A stretch of 64,000 nt of DNA from Candidatus Freyarchaeum deiterrae (GTDB taxonomy: Archaea > Asgardarchaeota > Jordiarchaeia > Jordiarchaeales > Jordiarchaeaceae). The stretch lies in contig CP147778.1 of assembly GCA_037305845.1 (NCBI GenBank), positions 2,304,001-2,368,000 on the forward strand, in the 5' to 3' direction. Every line of letters begins with the position of its first letter. Positions within the stretch are counted from its first letter, which is position 1. The notes below the pieces were generated by a model, which worked only from the letters and a program-made list of their open reading frames with translations, searched no databases and was not told the origin of the DNA. The translations under genes were made by a program, and so were the position numbers. Shown piece by piece: positions 50,418 to 60,329 of the stretch.

Positions 50418-51023
50418 TTGCCCGGTTGGGAAAAAAAATATGTTGGACTAAATACAAACGTGGACAACATTCTTGAGGAGCTCAAAGTCTTTTTTTCGGA
50501 TCAGAGTTTCAAAATCAAATCTCTGAATAAAAAGAAGGGAACAATAGAGGTTCAAATGGATAGCGACGTTGATAAAAATTATGGCAAGGTTTCATTCATC
50601 GGAACCCCTAACGATTATGCAGCGAGAGTCGACTGGGACACGGCTCTCGGAAAGGTTTTCTGGATAAATTTCACCAACAAATTGCAAGACTTGATAAAGA
50701 TGAATAGTGTTCAAGAAAAGAGTGCAGAAATTAAGGGAGAGAGTTGGTCTCCATCCGAAGAGGTTGTGGGAACATTGGATTGGAGAAGAATGCCTGATGA
50801 TCCAGATTTAGCAAAGTTGAAGAAGGATACAGAAAAGGAGTTAGACGGTAAGCGTAGCATTCTCCTCTCACAAGCAGAAGCATACGAGCTAGAAGGCAAA
50901 AATAAGGAGGCACTAAATCTCTATCAAATGGCTGTCATAATATCAAAAGACTTGGGAGAAAATGTTTACGCCGAAATGTTTGAATCAAAAATTAAGGAAC
51001 TCGAAGGAAAGCCCAAAAAATAG
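50418..51023 (+). CDS. Hypothetical protein with a C-terminal TPR-like hairpin
   Basis: RBS ggagg; A..YE..G...EA...Y..A pattern. Confidence 0.7.
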   Translation: MPGWEKKYVGLNTNVDNILEELKVFFSDQSFKIKSLNKKKGTIEVQMDSDVDKNYGKVSFIGTPNDYAARVDWDTALGKVFWINFTNKLQDLIKMNSVQEKSAEIKGESWSPSEEVVGTLDWRRMPDDPDLAKLKKDTEKELDGKRSILLSQAEAYELEGKNKEALNLYQMAVIISKDLGENVYAEMFESKIKELEGKPKK

Positions 51024-51116
51024 ACATCAAAATAAAGGCTTATCCTTCCAAAGGTATGCAAAACATTTCTTCGCTATCCCTTATATATCAAAAATTAGTT
51101 TAAATAGCTGATTCTT

Positions 51117-51308
51117 TTATACTGGTTTTTTCAACTTAGGCTTATCAACTATAAGAGTTGAGTTTCGAGAGAATTCACCTTGCTCAATTAACTTTTCTGA
51201 GCCCTCTTTTTCGTCGTAAATTTTTTCAAATCTCGATTTCTTAGGATTCCTTCTTTCTTCTCTCTCTTGTAAATTAGCCCAATTATCCAAAATTTCTAGT
51301 ATATACAT
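51117..51308 (-). CDS. Small charged hypothetical protein
   Basis: 63-aa ORF with gagg RBS, co-oriented with the upstream genes. Confidence 0.45.
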   Translation of the reverse strand: MYILEILDNWANLQEREERRNPKKSRFEKIYDEKEGSEKLIEQGEFSRNSTLIVDKPKLKKPV

Positions 51309-51399
51309 TTAGCATCCTCTGTGCCTTCGTGCAGTTATACTTGTGCTTTTTGATTCTTTTAACATTTTAGTGGAAATCGACCTATAGTGAAAGTTGTTG

Positions 51400-51942
51400 C
51401 TACTCCATGGATTTAACGAATTTTTCTGCCTTCTTTCTAAATCTGTAGAACGATAGCGTGATAAGTGCAGGAGTTATAATGAGGGCGGAGATTACTGGGA
51501 CGAGGAAAATCGGGCTATTGAAAATCCCAAAATCATGGTTAATACTGCCCCAAACGTAACATACGAGAGTAACGTATCCCGCGTAAAGAAGCGCCGCGAC
51601 AGCAAGTGCAATAAAACGCCAGTCCTCCCATAATTCTCCCCTAGCCACTAGTGAAGCCAGATTCCATGTCTGAATAACCGCGGCTGCGAATAGTACTAAC
51701 CCTGCGGCTAGAATTACTACTATGACTTGGCCCACCAGTGGATTCATTTCAAAAAATTGGGTTAATGTCATGATGTCCTCAGTTGTAGAAAGAACGATCG
51801 CTATCGGTCCCAAGTTGTATTCAAGACCTGTAGGGTATCTAATGGACAACTTTAATGCAGATGTTGGAGTTAAAGCTAGTAATATAGAAGGTATAATTAA
51901 TAATACGAGTATAACTATTATTGCTATATATCTGAATTTCAT
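51400..51942 (-). CDS. Four-TM membrane protein
   Basis: Hydrophobic segments; abuts the upstream gene. Confidence 0.75.
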   Translation of the reverse strand: MKFRYIAIIVILVLLIIPSILLALTPTSALKLSIRYPTGLEYNLGPIAIVLSTTEDIMTLTQFFEMNPLVGQVIVVILAAGLVLFAAAVIQTWNLASLVARGELWEDWRFIALAVAALLYAGYVTLVCYVWGSINHDFGIFNSPIFLVPVISALIITPALITLSFYRFRKKAEKFVKSME

Positions 51943-52884
51943 TTACTCCACCTTCCTTATCCATTCAATATACTTGCCAATCCTCTCAAGAATGTTTACG
52001 AGTTTACTTTCAGGAACGTCCAGAATGCCAGCTACTTCGTCTAATGTTCTTTTCCCGTTACAGAGCCTTCTGAGTTCCTTGTAAAGATTAGTGTAAAATG
52101 GGTCAATTCCAAATAGTAGTAAACTTCCTCCATCAAGCCTTTTAACCAGAGGATACTGTTGAACCCTTTTAACCCAGTTTTGACTTAGCCCCTGCTTCAT
52201 AATCGTCACAAGGTCTTCCAACACTATCCCCGTTTTTTCGACTATTTCTTGAACCGTTTTTTTGCCATCCATTTCTTTTAGCACTTTAACTCCTTTCTCC
52301 CCGAACATCTCCAAAAGTTCCTCTTTTTTTTGTTCAGTTTCGGGGTAGACAAACAAAAAAATTTCATGATTGAAAATATCAGGTTTTTTCTCATCAGACG
52401 TAGATTCTTCATAAAGCATACGGTATTCTTCTACGGGAGATGAACTCAATTTTACAACTATTTCAACAATTTTTTTCGAAAAATGCATAATGTAAGGAGT
52501 TACAGACAAAAGAGGTCCTATCGCACCTTCTGTGTATATCGCAATCGCAGCAGATTCTGATAACTTCCAAACTACTAGAGAGAGATCACTTCTAGGTATG
52601 GCATAACTGCCTTCAGGGAAAAACTCTTGATTTCTCTGCACGTAAGTAGATATGAATTTTAACATCTCTTTTTTTATAGGTCTACTACAATAAAAAATTA
52701 TGCCTTTATCATTAAGTACACACACACTTACTCTTGGAAAAACATTAATGGTATCCCCAATTTTTTGAGCGATCTTCCTAAGCTTAGAGAATAACTTTTT
52801 TTTCTCCTTTTCCTCTCCACCACCTTCATCTAATTCTTCGTATTCATTAAAATCCCAGTCTTTAAGAGGAGAGGAATCATTCAT
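51943..52884 (-). CDS. Profilin/longin-like domain plus tandem winged-helix protein
   Basis: Repeats MDGKKTVQEI and CNGKRTLDEV; fold inferred from sequence pattern. Confidence 0.6.
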   Translation of the reverse strand: MNDSSPLKDWDFNEYEELDEGGGEEKEKKKLFSKLRKIAQKIGDTINVFPRVSVCVLNDKGIIFYCSRPIKKEMLKFISTYVQRNQEFFPEGSYAIPRSDLSLVVWKLSESAAIAIYTEGAIGPLLSVTPYIMHFSKKIVEIVVKLSSSPVEEYRMLYEESTSDEKKPDIFNHEIFLFVYPETEQKKEELLEMFGEKGVKVLKEMDGKKTVQEIVEKTGIVLEDLVTIMKQGLSQNWVKRVQQYPLVKRLDGGSLLLFGIDPFYTNLYKELRRLCNGKRTLDEVAGILDVPESKLVNILERIGKYIEWIRKVE

Positions 52885-53026
52885 CTAATTACCTCCAAAG
52901 TTAAGGATATTTACAGCTTCTAGGAATTCATACAATTTTTTGGATCGCTAATTTGTTTTTCATACTTTTTATAATTAAACCTTTTTGAATAACTTTTATC
53001 CAGCTAATCAATATTAACTTTAACCA

Positions 53027-53428
53027 CTAAACAGGGAGTGGCTTGCCACTGCCTCTTATGGTCATTAATCTATCAAAAATCTTTCTGTTGATTACTCCTA
53101 CAATCTTTCCTCCATCCTCCACAGCGATTCTTTCCGCGTCTGTCTGCTCAAAAATCATCTGAACTTCTGTAATCGAGGCATTTCTATCAACGGTAAAGAC
53201 AGGACTTATCATCACATCCTCGGCTATAAGCTCTTTTGGGTTCTCTCCCTCCGCTACAATCTGAAAGATTTCCCTATCCGTTATCATGCCCACAATTTCC
53301 CTTGTCTCATCCTCAACGAGAAGTGATCCAACTTCTTCATCAACCATCATTTTAGCTACTTCGGAGAGAGTGTTATCAACTTTGCAGATAACTACATTTC
53401 TTCTGGCTATGTCATACGCTATAGACAA
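53027..53428 (-). CDS. CBS-domain pair protein
   Basis: VGSLLV...IVGMITDR and DVM..PV.TV...IVGVI. Confidence 0.9.
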   Translation of the reverse strand: MSIAYDIARRNVVICKVDNTLSEVAKMMVDEEVGSLLVEDETREIVGMITDREIFQIVAEGENPKELIAEDVMISPVFTVDRNASITEVQMIFEQTDAERIAVEDGGKIVGVINRKIFDRLMTIRGSGKPLPV

Positions 53429-53669
53429 GAGTAGACCCCCAATTGGCGTATCATCTACTTCGAATTAAAGAAGCTTCATTGCCCTTAAATTTGTTACTCT
53501 ACTATTAATTAATAGATGAGCCAATACCTGAAAATATTCATGCTAAAATTTTTATTTTCAAAGATGAAAGAACTAAGTATAATCAAAACACTTCTTTAAA
53601 ATATTGTAAAAAAAGATAATTTCTGACCTACATCTAAAAAGTTCAGGCTAAAAATTTGTGTCGGGGATT

Positions 53670-54128
53670 CTAAAGTTTTGTGTTTGGAATGAATTTGTGG
53701 CATCTTATGCACTCGAATCCAACAGGTCTTTCCTCTCCCCTCATTAGTAAAGCATCAGACTCGCCGAGTTCTCCATCACCACAAAGGTGAAGCGCGGTAA
53801 TTTTTGAAGTATTTCCGCAGTGGAAGCATTCATACTCATACTCTACAGAGGACACATTTTTGACTCTGTCAATAGATACGACATACTTTTCTATGAACAT
53901 CCTCCTACACACTGCACATGTGTAAACTATCTCATCAGCAAGTATAGTGGTTGGGCAACCACAGTTGGGGCAGTTTTTGCTAGGCTTTTTAATATGCGTT
54001 CTCAATAGTGTCTTAAACTCTAATTTTTGATACCATCCGCACCATTTACAGACTTCGTGTAGGGGGGAGTCCGTGTCGGGGAGGCTAACCCCTTTTAGAG
54101 CCTTTATAAGCTCGGCTTTTTTCCACAT
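53670..54128 (-). CDS. Multi-CxxC zinc-ribbon protein (start taken at MWKK)
   Basis: CKWC, CPNC, CAVC, CFHC and CIRC; gaggg RBS before ATG. Confidence 0.65.
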   Translation of the reverse strand: MWKKAELIKALKGVSLPDTDSPLHEVCKWCGWYQKLEFKTLLRTHIKKPSKNCPNCGCPTTILADEIVYTCAVCRRMFIEKYVVSIDRVKNVSSVEYEYECFHCGNTSKITALHLCGDGELGESDALLMRGEERPVGFECIRCHKFIPNTKL

Positions 54129-54418
54129 CGCTTTTCCCTCAATTGTGTAGCAAATATACAAAATACGATAATTTTTATTGGTCAATATACAAGATTGATT
54201 AATGGATATTTATAGCTTTCTAATAATATTGAGAATTTCACAATAAAGGAAAAAAATTTATGCGAAAATTTAAAAAACCGCAAAAATTTGTTAAAATAGA
54301 GTTATATTTTTAATATAATTCGCAAAACTTTTTAAGAAACGTGGTTCAGTCTTTTACAAAGTATGCTAATTTATTCAGAATCACATAAAAATAAACTATT
54401 AAGTTATTAGGGAAAACT

Positions 54419-54871
54419 TTACTGATTTCTTTCCCAAAACTTGTTTACCCTTGCTACAAGGCTTTTCAAGCAGGAAATTTTGGTAGGATCGCCACTATAT
54501 TTATTCATGATACTCTCAGCATGGGTAACAAAGTTTTCAATGTCTACTTCTCGTTTAAGAAATAAACAGAGAAGATTATACTTATATGAGGATACTACCA
54601 CTTTTTCGTCTTTAAAAACTATGGCTTTGGGTAGTATATCACGATGCATGCCCACCATAAACATAGTATAAAACTCTGCTATCATTTTCTGTACGGATGT
54701 TTTGCCGTCTAAACTCTTTTCCCATTTTAGCATAGGCCCGTATTCCTGATCCATATTAATCAAAGCTACAGCCTTCAAACCATAATTCTTTAGCGTTTCC
54801 AATTTTATTATCCTCCTCAATGCTATTAACCGAATTACCCTCAACATTATATTAAACATAGTATTGTTCAC
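54419..54871 (-). CDS. Small longin/uDENN-like protein (true start probably TTG near 54802)
   Basis: VALINMDQEYGP beta-hairpin pattern; GAGGAGG RBS. Confidence 0.5.
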   Translation of the reverse strand: MNNTMFNIMLRVIRLIALRRIIKLETLKNYGLKAVALINMDQEYGPMLKWEKSLDGKTSVQKMIAEFYTMFMVGMHRDILPKAIVFKDEKVVVSSYKYNLLCLFLKREVDIENFVTHAESIMNKYSGDPTKISCLKSLVARVNKFWERNQ

Positions 54872-55087
54872 GTAATATTCTAAGAGTCTTCCCTGATTCT
54901 AAACACCTTTATTCCATGGATTCATTCTTTTGAAGTAAGATTCAAAAACTAGTAGGAATATCTAAAATTATAGCTATATGTAATTATAAAACAATATTTT
55001 TAATAGATTACAACTTTTTCTCAAATAGAAAAATTAAAAAGATTCAAAATTAAGGGAAAGACTAGGGAAAAAAACCAGGGGAACACC

Positions 55088-55519
55088 ATGGCTATAAGAA
55101 ACCTATACGTTTTCAAGTTTTCAGGTCTCTTGCTCTTCCACAGAGACTATCAAGAAGCCACCGTAGACTCCGACTTGGTAGCCGGATTCTTCTCGGCAAT
55201 ACAATCATTCGCAGAAACCCTACTAAAAGAACCAGAAACAGAACTTCACAGTATGAGATTGGGTAAATACACCTTCATGTTCACCCCTAATGCAGATTTG
55301 GAAATCACCGTTGTAATAGTTGTTGACGACCCCAAAAAAGACCAAGCAAACGCCAAAAGAATAGTGGAAGCAACTATAAAAATATTCAAAGAAAAAAGAT
55401 TAAAGGTAAAAAATTTTGAAGGAAGCCTTGAAGAATTCAAAGATGTCCAGCCAAAACTAGATGAATTGGTCAAACCAGAATCACTCGACAAAAAGGCCAT
55501 ACAAGCATTATGGGACTAA
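55088..55519 (+). CDS. Longin-domain protein (Asgard type)
   Basis: IRNLYVFKFSGLLLFHR...DLVAGFFSAIQSFA. Confidence 0.8.
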   Translation: MAIRNLYVFKFSGLLLFHRDYQEATVDSDLVAGFFSAIQSFAETLLKEPETELHSMRLGKYTFMFTPNADLEITVVIVVDDPKKDQANAKRIVEATIKIFKEKRLKVKNFEGSLEEFKDVQPKLDELVKPESLDKKAIQALWD

Positions 55520-55689
55520 CCACAGAAAGAAAAACCCCAGTAATAGAAAAATAGTACATCAACACCTGATTTTAAATTCTGCAAAAACAACTTTTCAGAA
55601 CCTAACATATTATTGAAGGATCATAAAATTTTTTGAATTTTAAGAATCAAAAAATACAAAAAGTGAAAAAGAGGGTAAGGATTCTACTT

Positions 55690-56247
55690 TTAGAACCTGG
55701 TCCAGTCCCTGGTGATTAAGCCGCCTATCATCCCTAGAAGTGCTGGTAGCCCAAAGAGTAGAATATAATCCCAACCCGAAACACTTGTTACAAAGCCGAA
55801 GATATTAACCAAACTTGAACCGCCAGTACCTGTAATGATGAAGATGATAACTACTATAATACTGCAGATTATTCCGATCATTATTGCCCTTAATGGATGC
55901 TTTGTAATAAGACCAGAGATAAAGCCAGCTAGAGTCAGAGCCGCAATTGGGACAAAGGTCTGAGCGGGCGGGCCGCTTGTTGCTAATGTATAAGGACGTG
56001 CCAAGTAATCAGCAGCCGCAAGTTGCACGTTATTCCAGAACGCTGCATACTGTGTACCAGTTCCTGTTGGGTCTAACCATAACATGTACGCATTGAGTAG
56101 ATTCAATAGAGTGTGATGCATTGCAACGAAGTAGATGATTCCGAACATAGTTGCTAGGCATACGACAAACGCTAAAATAAGTCTGAATATCGATCCGATA
56201 ATCACTTTTATCTGCTCCCTTCTTACCTTTTTGAGTTGATATACCAC
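55690..56247 (-). CDS. Multi-TM membrane protein
   Basis: Four hydrophobic segments. Confidence 0.75.
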   Translation of the reverse strand: MVYQLKKVRREQIKVIIGSIFRLILAFVVCLATMFGIIYFVAMHHTLLNLLNAYMLWLDPTGTGTQYAAFWNNVQLAAADYLARPYTLATSGPPAQTFVPIAALTLAGFISGLITKHPLRAIMIGIICSIIVVIIFIITGTGGSSLVNIFGFVTSVSGWDYILLFGLPALLGMIGGLITRDWTRF

Positions 56248-56348
56248 TTTAATATATTAAAAGATGTTGTTCGAGGCATTCTTTAAATTTACCAAATTTC
56301 GACTTTTGGCAGTGGAATATTTTTATATTCCCTGTTGAATTCTAGGTT

Positions 56349-57353
56349 TTAATTGGTATTAATTTCTTTTTTTCTGGTTTTCTTTCCAGGATTTGAAGTT
56401 AAATCGTCGAATACTTTACTAACCTGCCCCGTGATATTCAGAAGTTCAGTGGGTATAACATACTTCTTTGAGCTACCCGAAGCCATATTTTTGAGCGTAT
56501 CCAAGTACTGTATTCCCAGGGTTTTACTATCAATGTCTTTCGCAACATTTTGAATGGTATCCAACGCCTTGGAGTAACCTTCAGCTTTCAGAATGGATGA
56601 TTGTCTCTTCGCTTCCGCTCTAAGAATTAGAGCTTTCTTCGTAGCTTCCGCTTTAACAATGGTTGACCTTTTCTGGCCCTCCGCTATTTTAATAGAAGAC
56701 ACCCTGGTTCCATCGGCTTCCGTTACTGTTGCTCTTCTAATTCTCTCCGCCTCCATCTGTTTTATCATTGCTTCGAGCACCTGCTGTGGAGGCATTATTT
56801 CACGAATCTCAACACTTGTTACCTTAACTCCCCACCGACTCGTAACCTCGTCCAACTTCTCCCTAAGAGTATTGTTGATACGTTCCCGTTCAGTTAAAAT
56901 ATCATCCAAACTTATGTCACCCATCACAGACCTAAGAGTAGTCTGAGATATACCCATAGCGGCACCCTTCCAATCCTCAACCTTAACAACTGAATCATAA
57001 GCATCCATTACCCTGTGATAAATGAGGACATCAACCTCTGCGGGCGCGTTATCTTTTGTTATACATTTCTGTCTTGGTACTTCGAAGAAGTTTTCTCTCA
57101 AGTCCACTTTGACTGTACGGTCGATTATGGGCGTTATGTAAACGAGTCCTGGTCCTTTAGATCCGGCTAGTGCGCGACCCAGTCTGAATACTACGGCCCT
57201 TTCGTATTCACGGTATACTCGGAGTCCGCTCAGTATAATTAGTAAAGCGATTATTCCAACTACAAAGATTGATATAAAAATTGGGTCTGTAAAAAGATTA
57301 TATTGAAATTGCAAAGTGTTTAGTGCCATTTCTTCTCCTCCCATCTGCTTCAC
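56349..57353 (-). CDS. SPFH/band 7 (stomatin-like) protein
   Basis: YERAVVFRLGR, ITKDN, QTTLRSV.G, WGVKV..VEI and QMEAER. Confidence 0.94.
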   Translation of the reverse strand: MKQMGGEEMALNTLQFQYNLFTDPIFISIFVVGIIALLIILSGLRVYREYERAVVFRLGRALAGSKGPGLVYITPIIDRTVKVDLRENFFEVPRQKCITKDNAPAEVDVLIYHRVMDAYDSVVKVEDWKGAAMGISQTTLRSVMGDISLDDILTERERINNTLREKLDEVTSRWGVKVTSVEIREIMPPQQVLEAMIKQMEAERIRRATVTEADGTRVSSIKIAEGQKRSTIVKAEATKKALILRAEAKRQSSILKAEGYSKALDTIQNVAKDIDSKTLGIQYLDTLKNMASGSSKKYVIPTELLNITGQVSKVFDDLTSNPGKKTRKKEINTN

Positions 57354-57541
57354 AGTTTTTAAACTTATTTTATTATTCTCTATTAGGCTTTTAAATCTTT
57401 ATTCTCGTGCATTGCAAAACACTGTTATCTCAAGGAATTTACTTTTAAAAATTGCTTCAATTTGTTTTGCATAGGGTTTAAATCGTACTTTTACACTGTT
57501 ATAATTAGCTTTTTATTGTAACTAGGAAATCTTAGAGGTCA

Positions 57542-60223
57542 TTGACGTTGTTCTTGGCGCGTTGCTTGGATGATGGAACATTGCATAATTTTTACCTACT
57601 TGACGCTCGTATACATTTAGGTGTTGATCGAGGGCCGCCGATACGTAATTACGATTGTGCAAATTTCTTCAAGTTTTGTCAATCAGTGGAAAAAGCGTTT
57701 TTTAAGGACTTTTCGCTGTCGTCTACGGGTTTGAATTATAAGTTAGAGGGGGCGCGCATTCCCGATGGAACAGTTGGTTTTCCTCTTTCTTTGGTTGAAG
57801 GAATAACTCCTTCTCAGCTTTTTGACGAATTTTTTGTGTCAGCTTACATGAGTAGGATAACCTCTGTTAGTATGGATAGTGTAAAGATTGATGGTGACGA
57901 TGTTCAAGCTTTTACAAATAATAAGTTAATTACGAAATGGTGTGCCTTGCCTAGTATGACGCGTCTCACCGGATTCAAGTATGTGATGCCTTCGAAAGAG
58001 AGTTCGCTTGAAAACCAAATTGAATTAGCTTTGTCGCGTGAAGGGTTTTCGGGTGTTAAAATTAAATTTGATGTCTTAGAGGAGACTTTTGTAAATGTAT
58101 TAAAGTTTATGCAGAATAAAAACTCACCCATTATTGTAGAGATGTTGAATTCCGAAAAGTTGGAAACTTTTTTGAAACTGTTAAACGATGCCGTTTTAAA
58201 AATTGGTGGTATTTCGACTCCGATTATACTCAGTAGCTTTGGACAAGATTCAGATATTGACTTGCTCGGGAAAGTTTTAAGCATAGACAACATTTATGCA
58301 GACCTTTCTGCGTTAGACCTTAATCATTTAGCTGACTTTATCCTTTCAGCCAAAAAAAATATTTCCAATTGGTCTAAGAGGTTGATATTTGGCACCAACT
58401 ATCCTTTTTGTAAAATTGGTGATGTGGTGTCTACTCTAAGTTATTTTTTTAGTTCTGATTTCGTTGGAGAACCTATAGATCTTAAGAGGATACTCGGAGG
58501 GAACGCTGTGGGATTAGTTCCTCCGCGTTATAACTTGTTGACTCCTTCAATTGATGAGATGTGTACTCTGGCTATTGATAAGTATTCTGAACAGGCGGCG
58601 AAAATATTTGAAGAATTGTTAAGCTATTTCATCAAACGAGGTTTAGCAACAGTTAGTTCCTGTGATTTTTTGGTAAGAGGAGAAGATGGAGTTATTGATC
58701 TCTCAAAATATTTCTTATCTTTGAAATCGATGAAGGAACAGAATAGAGGCGTTACTTTCCTGTTCATGAAGACTCCGGGAAACGTGCCTCGTGATGCCTT
58801 AGCTATAGCGGTGCTTAATTCTAAAACCTTGAGTGCCTTTAAGAATAGGACCATTGAAAACTTTGGTGCCAACAAAACCATGAAGAATCTACTAAGCCGA
58901 GCTTCTCTCATATCCTCTGATGAAGAAATCAACAAAGTTTCAGAAATGATTACAGATGCAGTTTACAAAACTAAAACAATCAGTAAAGGCGAAATCAGTG
59001 TTTTTTCGCTTTCGGCTGCTCCCCTTAAAGAAAAGGTTGTTGGAATGAATCCTAAGGATATGAAAATTCTTGGTATAAACGATGGCGGCATTATTCTCAT
59101 AAAACCAACAGTTACTGAAAATTGGTACGCCGCTTTGGTGAAAAGCTTTGAAGACGCTTCCTCAGGTGAACTGCAAGTTAATGAGGAAATTATGAGCAAT
59201 TGGTACGTTTTTGAAGGGGATATGGCTATAATAGAAAATTACTCCGGTAAAATTGAGCTTCTTGAACAAGTAGATTTTGCTGTGGAATCTTCTGAAGAAA
59301 TAAAATTACCCGACTTCCTAGAGAAAATCGAGGGTAAAATGGATTTACTACTCGAAAAGCTAGATGGGTTTTTCATTGGAAAAGACATGAGATTCATTCT
59401 ACCCGAACTATTCTTAGACTCTCCATTCATCATACGACCAGTCCATTCTCAACCTGAAATAGAACAAAAAAAGCTAGGAATCATAAAAACTGGGAAGACT
59501 GTAATTAATTTCGTTTCAGAACAATGGGTTAAACCATACAATTTAGTCCTTGTCATCAATACGAGTGAGATCATGAAAAATTCAGATATAACTATTGAGG
59601 AATTCGAAAAAATCGCAGATCTTCTCTCTACAATAGATGCGAAATCAGTAGAGAAATTTGAAAAAAGGATCAGAGAGGGAAACATTACAAAGAATATTGC
59701 TGCGGCTTTCATTGGAGTTTCAAGTTTAAAGAATCTTTCAGAAAAAAGTAATTTACATAAAGCATCAGTTATCTCCTACTCCAATCAGAGTAATTTATTC
59801 TCAATTTTAGAAAAAGGACAAGTAACCCCATACATGGATTTTAGATCAAATAGAAAGGATTTCTCACTAAAAGTGCTCTCATCACATATAATGGACAAGT
59901 GTCAGTATCCAGAAGGAAAAGCGGCACTTAAGGAAGCAGGAGCCAAAGTTGAAGAATTCATTGAAAAAGTCGGAGAAAAAATTCCAACCCTAACAGTGCT
60001 AATCACCGCTGGAGAAAAAACAGAAAACTTTGAAATCTTCCAGGAAATAGCAGATAAGGACCCAAGAATAAAACTCGTGGTAATACAAATTGGGAAACCA
60101 GAAAATGAGAAAGAATTAAAAAGAATTATAGACTCCATAAAAGGCAAGTACATTCAAGTCGAGGAAATAGACCCGCAAAACTTGGGAATGAAGCTAATAT
60201 CCCAGCTAACAGAATTTCTATAA
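57542..60223 (+). CDS. Amidohydrolase-like + Cdc48-N-like + vWA-like multidomain protein
   Basis: DARIHLG, IYADLS, LIFGTNYP and ILGGNA; MNPKDMKILGI..G; LVLVINTS...LVVIQIG. Confidence 0.65.
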   Translation: MTLFLARCLDDGTLHNFYLLDARIHLGVDRGPPIRNYDCANFFKFCQSVEKAFFKDFSLSSTGLNYKLEGARIPDGTVGFPLSLVEGITPSQLFDEFFVSAYMSRITSVSMDSVKIDGDDVQAFTNNKLITKWCALPSMTRLTGFKYVMPSKESSLENQIELALSREGFSGVKIKFDVLEETFVNVLKFMQNKNSPIIVEMLNSEKLETFLKLLNDAVLKIGGISTPIILSSFGQDSDIDLLGKVLSIDNIYADLSALDLNHLADFILSAKKNISNWSKRLIFGTNYPFCKIGDVVSTLSYFFSSDFVGEPIDLKRILGGNAVGLVPPRYNLLTPSIDEMCTLAIDKYSEQAAKIFEELLSYFIKRGLATVSSCDFLVRGEDGVIDLSKYFLSLKSMKEQNRGVTFLFMKTPGNVPRDALAIAVLNSKTLSAFKNRTIENFGANKTMKNLLSRASLISSDEEINKVSEMITDAVYKTKTISKGEISVFSLSAAPLKEKVVGMNPKDMKILGINDGGIILIKPTVTENWYAALVKSFEDASSGELQVNEEIMSNWYVFEGDMAIIENYSGKIELLEQVDFAVESSEEIKLPDFLEKIEGKMDLLLEKLDGFFIGKDMRFILPELFLDSPFIIRPVHSQPEIEQKKLGIIKTGKTVINFVSEQWVKPYNLVLVINTSEIMKNSDITIEEFEKIADLLSTIDAKSVEKFEKRIREGNITKNIAAAFIGVSSLKNLSEKSNLHKASVISYSNQSNLFSILEKGQVTPYMDFRSNRKDFSLKVLSSHIMDKCQYPEGKAALKEAGAKVEEFIEKVGEKIPTLTVLITAGEKTENFEIFQEIADKDPRIKLVVIQIGKPENEKELKRIIDSIKGKYIQVEEIDPQNLGMKLISQLTEFL

Positions 60224-60329
60224 AAGTGCAAAGTACCAAAAAAAAACAATTTTTTCTAAAATGAAAATTTCACTCATTTTTTAAACATAGAAATTACGCT
60301 TTTTCAGATATTATTTACTTCCCATTATC

